Origin: Ilumatobacteraceae bacterium
Lineage (GTDB): Bacteria; Actinomycetota; Acidimicrobiia; Acidimicrobiales; Ilumatobacteraceae
Assembly (NCBI GenBank): GCA_963773085.1
Contig: CAVYZS010000009.1
Span: 3,743 to 67,742, forward strand
Length of the DNA: 64,000 nucleotides
Direction of reading: 5' to 3'
This document shows, one piece after another, positions 9,828 to 18,773 of this stretch. The translations under genes were made by a program, and so were the position numbers. Positions within the stretch are counted from its first letter, which is position 1, and each line of letters opens with the position of its first letter. The notes beneath the pieces were generated by a model, which made no database searches, was not told where the DNA came from, and was given only the letters and a program-made list of their open reading frames with translations.

Positions 9828-10849
9828 GGGCACTGGTCAAGGCGCGGCGCGAGCCCGGTCTGTGGCTCGACGATGTCGCCAAACCGGCACCAGGCGATCG
9901 AGACGTGTTGATCCGCGTTCGCAAGACGTCGATCTGCGGAACCGATCTGCACATCCATCGATGGGACGCGTGGGCGCAGGCGACCATTCCGGTGCCGATG
10001 GTTGTCGGCCACGAGTTCATGGGCGAGATCGAGGCGGTCGGCGGCGATGTCGTCGGGCTCGAGGTCGGTCAGCGGGTCGCCGGTGAAGGACACGTCACCT
10101 GCGGTCACTGCCGCAACTGCAAGGGCGGCCGGCGCGAGTTCTGTCACAACCACACTGGCGTCGGCGTCACCCGCCCGGGAGCCTTCGCCGAATACGTCGT
10201 GATCCCCGCCGAGAACGTGTTCGTCGTGCCGGCGCACATCGGCGACAACGTCGCAGCCGTGCTCGATCCGTTGGGCAACGCCACTCACACCGCACTGCGG
10301 TTCGACGTCGTCGGCGAAGATGTGCTGATCACCGGCGCCGGACCGATCGGCGTCATGGCGGCAGCGATCGTGCGACACATCGGCGCTCGCAATGTCGTGG
10401 TCACGGACATCAACCGCTTCCGCCTCGACATGGCGGCTGCACAGGGGGCCAGTCGTGTCGTCGACGTTCGCACCGAGCAGCTGGCGCCGGTGATGGCAGA
10501 ACTCGGCATGACAGAAGGTTTCGACGTCGGCCTGGAGATGTCGGGCGCCGAAGCCGCGTTCAACCAGATGCTCGACGCGATGAACAACGGGGGGCGGATC
10601 GCCGTGTTGGGAATCCCAGCCGGGCCGATGACCCTCGATGTCAACGACGTCATCTTCAAGGGTCTGGAGATACAGGGGATCTACGGGCGACGGATCTTCG
10701 AGACGTGGTACAAGATGGCAGCGATGCTGCAGAGCGGGCTCGATGTCGGCGGCATCATCACCCACGAACTGCCGGCCGATCGCTTCGAAGAAGCCTTCGA
10801 CATCGTCGGCGGCGGCGAGTGCGGAAAGGTCATCCTCGACTGGGCCTGA
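9824..10849 (+). CDS. tdh: L-threonine 3-dehydrogenase (zinc MDR family)
   Basis: [40 protein letters not shown]...[21 protein letters not shown]...[13 protein letters not shown]. Classic kbl-tdh pairing. Confidence 0.9.
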   Translation: MRALVKARREPGLWLDDVAKPAPGDRDVLIRVRKTSICGTDLHIHRWDAWAQATIPVPMVVGHEFMGEIEAVGGDVVGLEVGQRVAGEGHVTCGHCRNCKGGRREFCHNHTGVGVTRPGAFAEYVVIPAENVFVVPAHIGDNVAAVLDPLGNATHTALRFDVVGEDVLITGAGPIGVMAAAIVRHIGARNVVVTDINRFRLDMAAAQGASRVVDVRTEQLAPVMAELGMTEGFDVGLEMSGAEAAFNQMLDAMNNGGRIAVLGIPAGPMTLDVNDVIFKGLEIQGIYGRRIFETWYKMAAMLQSGLDVGGIITHELPADRFEEAFDIVGGGECGKVILDWA

Positions 10850-10877
10850 GTTCGACAGCAAGGTGAGCTGAAGGGGG

Positions 10878-12998
10878 TCAGGTGAAGTAGCCGGTGACGT
10901 CGTACACCAAGTGGGTCGCCGACTGGTTGTGGGCTGTGATCGCTCCGTTCGCGACGGCGAGGACGTTGGCCGCCGCGACGATGCGGTCGGCGCCGTTGAT
11001 GTTCAGCGTCGAGGTCGAGCCGATCGGCGTCGAGGACCCGGTCGGGATGAGCTGCACGTAGCCGGATGCGGTCGTGTCGGTGGCGGTGAGGTTGCCGGCG
11101 ACCGCACTCGGCGGTGGCGCCGGCACTCCGGCCCGGCCGGACAGGGGAATGCTGAACGTCGCGCCGGACTGGACAAGGCTGCCCGTCACACGGCTGTCAG
11201 CCGCCCGAACTGGTGTGACCGGCACGAACAACCCGGTGGATGCCGCCGCCGCGCTGGCGCCGGTGAAGTACCCGACCACATCGGCCACGAGGTGCGCGCC
11301 GCCATTGGTGAACAACGTCACGCTGCCACCCGCGCCAGGCGGGACGATGACGGTGTTGGCCATCGTCTCGCCAGTTCGGTCGATGTTGAGGTTCGACGAC
11401 GCTCCGAGTGCTGTGGTGCCGCCTGTCGGGATGGCCTGGACGTAGCCCGGCGCCGTGCCCTGATCGGCGGTCAGCGTCATGACGACCGCGACGGCGTCGA
11501 CAGGGACGGCGCCCGTCACTGGGAGCGTGACGCTTCCGAGCGGCGGCACCTTCCCGGCCGGTGCCCCGATTCCGGCGCGCGTGTCGAGGACACGAATCGG
11601 ATCAACGGTCACCAACCGGCCCGCGGTAGCCGACGGCGCGACCGTGAAGTAGCCGAACACATCGACGGCGAGATGGGTCGCCGACTGCGTGAACACGGAA
11701 AAGCGGCTCGAGGCATCGACACCGACGATCACCATGTTGGCAATCGTCTGCAGGCCGTGATCGAGATTGACGCTCGAGGTAGACCCGAGGACGGGAGCCC
11801 CGGCCGGGAACACCTGGATGTAGCCCGACGCCTGGGGCTCGGTCGCGGTGACGTTCAGGACGACTGCCGTCACGCCCGCGGCCGGCAGGCCACCTCCGCT
11901 CGCGGTGAACGTCGTGACCGACTGGGCGGCCAGCGGCCCGGTGACGCCACCCAGACCAGTCCGCGTGTCCACCAGTCGGCGCGGAGCAAGTGCCGTGAAC
12001 GTCGACGCACTCGCCGTGTTTACTTGCGGTGGCGGTGGCGACGGCGTCACAGTGATCGTCACCGTGGCCGGCGCCGACGTGAGGCCGAAGACCGTGTCGG
12101 TGGCCGTGTACGTGAACGAGTCGGTACCGCTGAAGCCCGCGTTCGGAGTGTAGGTGAACCCGCCGTCGGTGTTGAACGTCACCGTCCCGTTCGCCGTACT
12201 CGAGGCGAGTGCCGCGGTCATCGGGTGCTGGTTCACCGCGACATCGTTCACGAGGACGCCGGCAAGCCCCGGAACTGCGAGCGCTTGCCCCTGACCTGTC
12301 GCGTACGTGTCAGGGTTCGCGTTTGGCGGTGCCGGCACCTCGAAGTCCGCATCAATGGCTCCGTCCTCGAATCGGATGTGGACGGCGTCGACGTTCCCAG
12401 ACGCGCCGTTCGGAGCGAGATCACTGCCCAGGGACCCAACGCCCAGTTCGATCGCCTGAACCGTCGCGCCAGGTCTCAATTGCTTGAATTGGGCGAACGT
12501 GCACGGAAGCGCAATCTTGCACGGCGCGTTGCCTGTCCCCCAGACGAGGGCATTGTCATCGAGGGTCCACTGCTGCCAGACTCCTCCGGTGACCGCAGCC
12601 TGCTGGGACTGGTAGAAGGGTTCGACGACGACCGTCGAGAAACCCGGAAGTCTGGTCCTGAACTTGAGATTGGGCGCGGCCTGTGTCGGTTGGCCTGCAG
12701 CGATGAATGTCCACCACGTTCCGCTGACACTGCCGAGGGGCACCGTGAGTCCGACGAGCGAGACGACGCAGGCAGCCTGCTGCCCATTGGCAACGCTGAG
12801 TTCGAGGCTTCCGACACCCTCGGGTGGCGCAGCCGGACCCGCTACGAGGGTCTCCGCACCCACGCAGTTCACCGGATCTCTCACCCAGCCGCCGCCCGGG
12901 ATCTGTGTCACCGTCTCTGCCGAGGTTGGATCGATCCCGATCGTCGCGACTGTGCTTGTCGCCAGGACCGCCACAACGAGAATCCTTGTCAGACGCAT
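10878..12998 (-). CDS. Secreted multidomain protein: signal peptide, N-terminal unknown domain, cadherin/Ig-like domain, three tandem ~118-aa repeats of an uncharacterised actinobacterial domain
   Basis: MRLTRILVVAVLATSTVATIG is signal-like. VNDVAVNQHPMTAALASSTANGTVTFNTDGGFTYTPNAGFSGTDSFTYTATD is an Ig/cadherin-like motif. Three repeats follow, each ending ...H(L)V.DV.GYFT. Confidence 0.75.
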   Translation of the reverse strand: MRLTRILVVAVLATSTVATIGIDPTSAETVTQIPGGGWVRDPVNCVGAETLVAGPAAPPEGVGSLELSVANGQQAACVVSLVGLTVPLGSVSGTWWTFIAAGQPTQAAPNLKFRTRLPGFSTVVVEPFYQSQQAAVTGGVWQQWTLDDNALVWGTGNAPCKIALPCTFAQFKQLRPGATVQAIELGVGSLGSDLAPNGASGNVDAVHIRFEDGAIDADFEVPAPPNANPDTYATGQGQALAVPGLAGVLVNDVAVNQHPMTAALASSTANGTVTFNTDGGFTYTPNAGFSGTDSFTYTATDTVFGLTSAPATVTITVTPSPPPPQVNTASASTFTALAPRRLVDTRTGLGGVTGPLAAQSVTTFTASGGGLPAAGVTAVVLNVTATEPQASGYIQVFPAGAPVLGSTSSVNLDHGLQTIANMVIVGVDASSRFSVFTQSATHLAVDVFGYFTVAPSATAGRLVTVDPIRVLDTRAGIGAPAGKVPPLGSVTLPVTGAVPVDAVAVVMTLTADQGTAPGYVQAIPTGGTTALGASSNLNIDRTGETMANTVIVPPGAGGSVTLFTNGGAHLVADVVGYFTGASAAAASTGLFVPVTPVRAADSRVTGSLVQSGATFSIPLSGRAGVPAPPPSAVAGNLTATDTTASGYVQLIPTGSSTPIGSTSTLNINGADRIVAAANVLAVANGAITAHNQSATHLVYDVTGYFT
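10881..12002 (-). repeat. Three tandem protein-level repeats (aa ~333-452, 461-579, 590-706) with shared motifs (R..D[TS]R, N[VL]TAT.....GY[IV]Q..P.G, S..N[LI][DN], H[LV].[AY]DV.GYFT)
   Basis: Direct alignment by eye of the three segments of the 706-aa product. The same domain recurs three times in the 51349-52781 gene. Confidence 0.7.
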
Positions 12999-13093
12999 GG
13001 TTCTCCCCTTCGGGCGAAGTTCGCACAGAACCTACCAGGCAAAGATCGTCGAACTCCAGCCGCACGAACCGCCCCGGGTGGGCCTGAGTTCGT

Positions 13094-14272
13094 CTAGGTG
13101 GTCACCATCGCGTTGGTTGCCTCGCCGCTCATCCGCGCCAGATGGCCGAAGATGTCGTCGACATCGAAGTACACGTCCTGCAGGTGGCGGGGCCCGTCGG
13201 GCTGGTAGGCCGTGCGGGCGTGCAACACGCGGTATCCGTTGACGAACAGGGTGTCGCCGGCGGAGAGTCGGAACGACACGTGGTTGGCAGGGTCGGCGAT
13301 CGCCGCACCCAGCAGCCGGTAGGCCCGGTACCACTCGGCAAGGTCGGAGTCGTCGAACGCCAACGGTTGCATCAACTGGTTCGAGAAACGCAGGTGGATG
13401 AATCGTCCGAAGCGGTCGCGCACGACCAGCGGCGCTCGGGTGAACGCGTCGGCTTCCGTCGAGTACTGCCGGAACCCGACCTCGACCCGCGCCAGCACGT
13501 CGATGACGTCAGGGTGTTCTCGTTGCAGGTCGTCGAGCACCGACCAGCCATCGACGACGACGCTGTCGCCACCCTTGGCCTCGTTGACCAACATCGCCAG
13601 CACCTGACCGCTCGGCGGATGGGTGTACTGGGCGTTGTCGTTGTGCGGCGGTACCTCCTCGGCTGTGAAGGCGATGTTGTATCCCGCGGGGTCGAGCTTG
13701 ACATCGAAGATCAGGCCGAGCGACGAGTCGCGCAGCGTGATGCCGAGAGAGCGCAGCAGATCGATGACAGTCCCTGGCGCGGTGGGCGACCCCGTAACAA
13801 CTACCGCGCCGTCGCGGCGAAAAGCCTCGAACATGCCGCGACGCGTGACCGGGTCGGCGATGCAGTCGTGATGATCGAACCGTTCGACCTGGTACCCAGC
13901 GCCCCAGAGCCGGGCCGTCCACGCACCGCGGGCGCCGGTGGTGCGAATCTTGTCCCAATCGGTTGGACCGTAGGTCGAGTGGTGCCCGCCGATCCAGCCG
14001 ATCTGCAGCCGTCCGTCGGCGACGTCGACGGTGTCGACCACAGGGGCAGTGGGCTGCGTCCAAGGCCGCCAACGGCGCTCGTCGGTCTGGACGATTCGAC
14101 ACTCGTGACACTGGCAGTTGTCACGCAGCCAATCGGGCAGAAACGTTGCCGACCCGTCGGTGAACTGCACGACGAGCCCGGCGTCGCTGTTGAATGCGGA
14201 GGAGATCGCACCGCCGGGCAACCGGCTGCCTACCGGCCCCATCTCGATCTCCCGGAATGGACTTCCCATCAC
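13094..14272 (-). CDS. TauD/TfdA-family Fe(II)/2-oxoglutarate dioxygenase, gamma-butyrobetaine-hydroxylase-like (N-terminal zinc-ribbon/DUF971-type domain)
   Basis: FLPDWLRDNCQCHECRIVQTDER is the DUF971-like Cys/His motif. PPHNDNAQYTHPPSGQVLAML...GDSVVVDG...DTLFVNGYRVLHARTAY is the HxD...H facial triad context. Confidence 0.75.
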   Translation of the reverse strand: MMGSPFREIEMGPVGSRLPGGAISSAFNSDAGLVVQFTDGSATFLPDWLRDNCQCHECRIVQTDERRWRPWTQPTAPVVDTVDVADGRLQIGWIGGHHSTYGPTDWDKIRTTGARGAWTARLWGAGYQVERFDHHDCIADPVTRRGMFEAFRRDGAVVVTGSPTAPGTVIDLLRSLGITLRDSSLGLIFDVKLDPAGYNIAFTAEEVPPHNDNAQYTHPPSGQVLAMLVNEAKGGDSVVVDGWSVLDDLQREHPDVIDVLARVEVGFRQYSTEADAFTRAPLVVRDRFGRFIHLRFSNQLMQPLAFDDSDLAEWYRAYRLLGAAIADPANHVSFRLSAGDTLFVNGYRVLHARTAYQPDGPRHLQDVYFDVDDIFGHLARMSGEATNAMVTT

Positions 14273-14354
14273 GCCATCTCCCTTCGAGCCGAGGATAGTC
14301 GCCGTCCTTCGGGCTCTTCGCTTCTGTGCTACACCCCGGTGTCATACTTCGAAC

Positions 14355-15640
14355 ATGCGTTCTATCGAACTGCCGGATGTTGTTGACCTCGCTGGGTTGG
14401 CGGCGGGCGAGTTGGAGCGGACGTTGCGCGGGTTGGATGTTGCCCGGCGCCAGATCGAGGGGTTGATCGCCGAGACTGTCGGGGTTGCCGAGCGAACGGT
14501 CGCCTATGTCGCTGATGGTCATGCCTCGGTGTCGGGGTGGGTCAAGGCGACGTGCAACTGGTCGTCGGGAGAGACCAGGTCAATGGTGCAATGCGCACGA
14601 ATGCTGGATGCTGTCCCGGCGGTGCGGGTCGCCGCTCATGCCGGTTCGGTGGGTGTGTCCCAGCTTCGGTTGCTGGCTCGGGTGTTCGCCAACCCGCGCT
14701 GTGGTGATCAGCTTGCCGATTCGGTGGAGCTGTTGCTCGGTCACGCTGTGAGTCTGTGGTTCGACGAGTTCGCGGTGGTGGTCCGCCGCTGGGAGGCGCT
14801 CGCCGACGCCGACGGCGCCCACGACGCCCACGAACGCGCCGATACCGGTCGCGATGCTCGTCTCAGCGTTGTCGGCGAGCATGTCTACCTCGACGCCCAC
14901 GGCGGTGTCGTTGCCGGAGTGACCCTCGAGGAGATCTTCGCTCGCTTCTGCGAGGCGCAGTTCCACGCCGATTGGGACGCCGGTGTGGCCCGGTGGGGTG
15001 ATCGGATGGTCCCTGCACTACTCGAACGCAGCGACGCCCAACGACGATTCGACGCACTTGTCGCGGTGTTCTGCGCGGCCGCCGCGTCGGGCACCGTCGC
15101 CCGGTTCGATCCACTGGTCAACGTGGTCGTCGACCAAGCAACGTTCGAACACACCATCTCGCCACACTGGCCGGTGGCAGCGTCGAACCGCTCGACCCGG
15201 CGACTGTCGACCAGCGTCACTGCGAGACCGCGACAGGTCACCAGTTGGACCCGTCCGACATGCTCGCCGCCGCGCTCACCGGCCACGTCCGCCGTGTCGT
15301 GTTCGACACCGCAGGGGTGATCATCGATCTCGGTCGGCGATCACGGCTGTTCACCGGAGGCGCCCGCGACGCGGTGATGCTCGGCGACCGATGGTGTATG
15401 TGGCCCGGATGCGGTCTCCGCTCCGGGCGCTGCCAAACCGATCACTCAACGCCCTGGGCAGACCAAGGACCGACAACGCCCGACAACGGAGCAGCAGCTT
15501 GCGGCCGGCACAACCGCCGGAAACAACGCGGCTACCGAACAACCCGCGACAACAACGGACACTCGCACACCTACCGACCCGACGGCACAGAAATCGGCTA
15601 CCTCACCGCGCCCCACGACTCAGCACAGAATGGCGACTAG
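14355..15640 (+). pseudogene. DUF222 + HNH endonuclease protein (REP13E12-like selfish gene family), apparent frameshift near 15160-15185
   Basis: The N-terminal part MRSIELPDVVDLAGLAAGELERTLRGLDVARRQIEGLIAE...DADGAHDAHERADTGRDARLS is typical DUF222. The C-terminal part, in another frame, is LAGGSVEPLDPATVDQRHCETATGHQLDPSDMLAAALTGHVRRVVFD...CMWPGCGLRSGRCQTDHSTPWADQGPTTPDNGAAACGRHNRRK, an HNH motif. Confidence 0.75.
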
Positions 15641-16491
15641 CTGACGGCGTCGACGATCTCGACGCCACCGTCGCGCGATTCGCTGTACGCCAGCACGCAG
15701 AGCGCAGAGATGACCCCGCCCATGGCCAGGGCCTGAGCCAAGGAGACACTTTCGCCCAGGATGAGCCACGCCGCCACCGAAGCGCCGACCGGTTCGGCCT
15801 GGATCAACACCGAGGTGACAGAGGCATCGACCCGCGGCTGCGCCCAGGCGACCAGACCGTGGCCGGCAATACCCGGGCCGATCGCCAACAACGCCACCCA
15901 CGCCCAGCCCGCGCCGTGCACCTCACCGAGGTTCTTGCCGGTGATCACGACCAATGCCGAGACCGTCACTGCGCCGATGACAGAGACCACGAACATGAAA
16001 CGGACGGTCTCGACATTGGCGCGCACGCCCTTGGAGACCAGTAGATATCCGACCCAGAACACCAGGGCAAGGACCGCCCACAAATATCCGACGTTCGAGC
16101 TGGTCGCGCCAGATCCACTCGACGGGGCGACGAGCACGGCGACGATCACGCCGACCACCGACGCCGCGGCGCAGAGCACCTTCACGCCGGTCGGCCGTTC
16201 GCCGAAGAACATGACCGACACCGGAAGCGCGACGACAGGACCGAGCGCGGCGATGATCAGCGCCGTAGCGATGCTGACAGTTTCGATAGCGATGAAGAAC
16301 ACGCAGATGTTGAGGCCGAACAACACCCCGGCCAGGCCAGCGCGGCGGAAGTCGCCTCGACTCGGCCAACGCTTCGTGACAGCCACGATCACCAACAGCA
16401 CGGAACAAGCGATCCACATCCGCCAGAACGAGAGGACCACACCCGACGCATGGGTGGACTTGCCCAAGACCCCACCGAACGACCAGAACAT
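15637..16491 (-). CDS. EamA/DMT-family transporter (start uncertain, probably further upstream)
   Basis: About ten predicted hydrophobic helices and a duplicated EamA-like pattern. The frame stays open and hydrophobic (GRGGVVAVLAAT) upstream of the first ATG, with no obvious ATG/GTG/TTG there. Confidence 0.7.
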   Translation of the reverse strand: MFWSFGGVLGKSTHASGVVLSFWRMWIACSVLLVIVAVTKRWPSRGDFRRAGLAGVLFGLNICVFFIAIETVSIATALIIAALGPVVALPVSVMFFGERPTGVKVLCAAASVVGVIVAVLVAPSSGSGATSSNVGYLWAVLALVFWVGYLLVSKGVRANVETVRFMFVVSVIGAVTVSALVVITGKNLGEVHGAGWAWVALLAIGPGIAGHGLVAWAQPRVDASVTSVLIQAEPVGASVAAWLILGESVSLAQALAMGGVISALCVLAYSESRDGGVEIVDAVS

Positions 16492-16659
16492 GGTGGCGGC
16501 GAGTACGGCGACGACCCCGCCCCGTCCGGCGATTTTGCGGGTCGACGACTGAGTCGAGTCTCGCGTGGCTCTCCGGGCGGACGCCAGCAGGGAGGATGGG
16601 GTGGTGGTTACGTGCGCACGCTAGCCGTGGAGCGTCGGAGCCGACCTACATTTGCAGGC

Positions 16660-17859
16660 ATGACCTCCGTGAATTCCGACACCACTTCCGGATACCTGCG
16701 CGGGTCGGATTGCTCCCTTGCCGACTTCATCGAGATCGTCGAGCAGCCGACCGAGCTCGGCGACTATCCGTTCGCCGAATCGATCATCGAGAACGTGGTC
16801 AGCTACGACGGAGACCGGCTTCGATCACAGTGTGCAGACCCCGATACCAGGCGAGCAGTGCAAGCAGAACTCAACAAGGCGTTTCTCGAGGGTCCCGGCA
16901 TCGTCGTCTTCAATCGTGCGTTTGCCGACAATACGATCGTCGACGCCGTGTCCGACGCCTTCAGAGAGATGATCGCCGACCAGCACGCCAGAGGGATGGT
17001 TTCGGGCGACCATTACGCCAAGCCGGGCGACAACGACCGCGTGTGGAACGCTCTCGAGAAGTTGGCTGTCAATGCCCCCGACGAATTCGTCGCCTACTAC
17101 GCCAACGACATCATCGCCATGACTGCCGCCGCGTGGCTCGGACCAGGTTTCACGCTGACATCGCAGGTCAACGTGGTCAACCCCGGCGGTGCCGCGCAGA
17201 GGCCGCACCGCGATTATCACCTCGGGTTCATGACCATTGCTGTCGCCGAGCAGTATCCGGCGCACGTCCACCTCCTCTCGGCGGCGCTCACGCTGCAAGG
17301 CGCAATCGCCCATTGCGACATGCCGGTCGAGAGCGGGCCGACCATGTACCTACCGAACGCGCAGAAGTACTTGCACGGCTACCTGGCCTGGTGGCGACCG
17401 GAGTTCCGCGAGTACTTCGAGAAGCACTACGTGCAGTTGCCGTTGAAGAAGGGCGACGCGGTGTTCTTCAACCCGGCGCTCTTCCACGCTGCTGGTACCA
17501 ACCGCACGACCGACGTGCACCGCATGGCCAACCTGCTGCAGATCAACTCACCCCTCGGCAAGTGCTTGGAGGCGCTGGATCACGAGCGGATGTGCAACGC
17601 GGTGTATCCGTCGCTGTTGAAACTCAAGGCATCGGGCGCGTCGGACGTCGAGGTGGACAACGCCGCGGGCGCCTGCGCCAACGGTTACGCGTTCCCCACC
17701 AACCTCGACCGCGATCAGCCGCTGGCGGGGCTGACCAACGACGCCCAGGTCGACGTCGTTCGCCGCGCTGTCGCCGAGGGATGGAGCCGCGACGCTTTGA
17801 GCGCCGAATTGCGTGTGTACGCCAATCGCCGGATGACTCACGGCGAGTTCGTGTCTTGA
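16660..17859 (+). CDS. Phytanoyl-CoA dioxygenase (PhyH) family Fe(II)/2OG oxygenase
   Basis: GIVVFNRAF...QRPHRDYHLGF...GDAVFFNPALFHAAGTNRT shows an HxD...H triad and RT motif. ATG verified at 16660. Confidence 0.8.
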   Translation: MTSVNSDTTSGYLRGSDCSLADFIEIVEQPTELGDYPFAESIIENVVSYDGDRLRSQCADPDTRRAVQAELNKAFLEGPGIVVFNRAFADNTIVDAVSDAFREMIADQHARGMVSGDHYAKPGDNDRVWNALEKLAVNAPDEFVAYYANDIIAMTAAAWLGPGFTLTSQVNVVNPGGAAQRPHRDYHLGFMTIAVAEQYPAHVHLLSAALTLQGAIAHCDMPVESGPTMYLPNAQKYLHGYLAWWRPEFREYFEKHYVQLPLKKGDAVFFNPALFHAAGTNRTTDVHRMANLLQINSPLGKCLEALDHERMCNAVYPSLLKLKASGASDVEVDNAAGACANGYAFPTNLDRDQPLAGLTNDAQVDVVRRAVAEGWSRDALSAELRVYANRRMTHGEFVS

Positions 17860-18773
17860 AGAAGTCAGCCCTGCGGCAACTCGACCTCGTCGACAAAGCG
17901 TCGATACCCCTGTTCGTGGTGACGATGCTGGCGGAACACGCCGCGCTCCGCAAGGTTCCCAAACGCGTGCTCGGCGATCTGTACGACGCCGACGAGACGA
18001 CGTTGTCGGGAACGCAGGTGCCGCCCGACCCTCTGGTGCCTCTCGGATACGAGCGCAAGGACACCGTCGCCAGCCTGACGATGCTCGCCGGCAACATCGC
18101 CGTCGGGTTCGCCACCCTGGCGGCATTCGGCCGAGTCGATCGCTTCCTGTTCAAACACCGCATCGCCGACGTCGGACTACGACGGGGCTCGATCGCCTCG
18201 GCGATGCTGCTGTGGGACTTCCTCTACTACTGGGACCATCGCTGGATGCACGAGGTACGCCTGCTGTGGGCCAACCACGTCTCCCATCACTCGGGCGAGC
18301 GCTACAACCTGTCGACGGCGCTCCGGCAACCGTGGTCGGGCTTCTTGACGTTCTGGGTGTTCGCCCCGATGCCGCTGCTCGGGTTTCCCACGGCCAAGAC
18401 CGCCAAGGCCGGCCAGCTCAACCTGCTGTATCAATACTGGATCCACACCGAGGCGATCAACCGGCTGCCCGATCCGATCGAGAAGGTGTTCAACACACCG
18501 TCGCATCACCGTGTCCACCACGGCGCCAACCGCCAGTACCTCGACAAGAACTACGGCGGGATCCTGATCCTGTGGGACAAGGTGTTCGGCACCTTCGAAC
18601 CCGAGGTCCGGCGGGTGAAGTACGGCCTGACCAAGAACATCCACACCTACAACCCGTTGCGAATCGCCTATCACGAGATGGCCGACATAGCTCGCGACGT
18701 GCGTTCGGCCACCGGCATGCGCAGCAAGCTGCACCACGTGTTCGGTCGTCCCGGATGGACTCCGACGCGCTAG
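17856..18773 (+). CDS. Fatty acid hydroxylase / sterol desaturase family membrane di-iron enzyme
   Basis: Histidine boxes YYWDHRWMHE, WANHVSHHSGE and NTPSHHRVHHG. The TTG start overlaps the PhyH stop (cTTGAag). Confidence 0.75.
   Translation: MKKSALRQLDLVDKASIPLFVVTMLAEHAALRKVPKRVLGDLYDADETTLSGTQVPPDPLVPLGYERKDTVASLTMLAGNIAVGFATLAAFGRVDRFLFKHRIADVGLRRGSIASAMLLWDFLYYWDHRWMHEVRLLWANHVSHHSGERYNLSTALRQPWSGFLTFWVFAPMPLLGFPTAKTAKAGQLNLLYQYWIHTEAINRLPDPIEKVFNTPSHHRVHHGANRQYLDKNYGGILILWDKVFGTFEPEVRRVKYGLTKNIHTYNPLRIAYHEMADIARDVRSATGMRSKLHHVFGRPGWTPTR

Noticed and set aside
12999-13093. Hairpin (ggttct...agaacc with inner cttcg-gg-cgaag) overlapping the SD of the secreted repeat protein gene, considered as a translational control element
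   Set aside because: The stems are short (5-6 bp), and such pairings arise easily by chance in GC-rich DNA. I have no supporting conservation evidence.
10911-13097. 728-aa ORF on the plus strand, antisense to the secreted repeat protein
   Set aside because: Its composition is Arg/Gly/Asp/His-rich with no recognisable motifs, typical of open antisense frames in GC-rich DNA. The minus-strand product has a signal peptide and clear domain repeats.
14273-15640. Possible integrated mobile element or prophage remnant around the HNH gene
   Set aside because: It is a single gene only. I found no integrase, transposase, tRNA target or flanking direct/inverted repeats, and the composition looks like the rest of the window.
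16596-18773. 725-aa ORF spanning the PhyH and hydroxylase genes
   Set aside because: Only the last ~305 aa (from the TTG at 17856) give a real protein with histidine boxes. The upstream part is an out-of-frame read-through of the PhyH gene, with Arg-rich composition.
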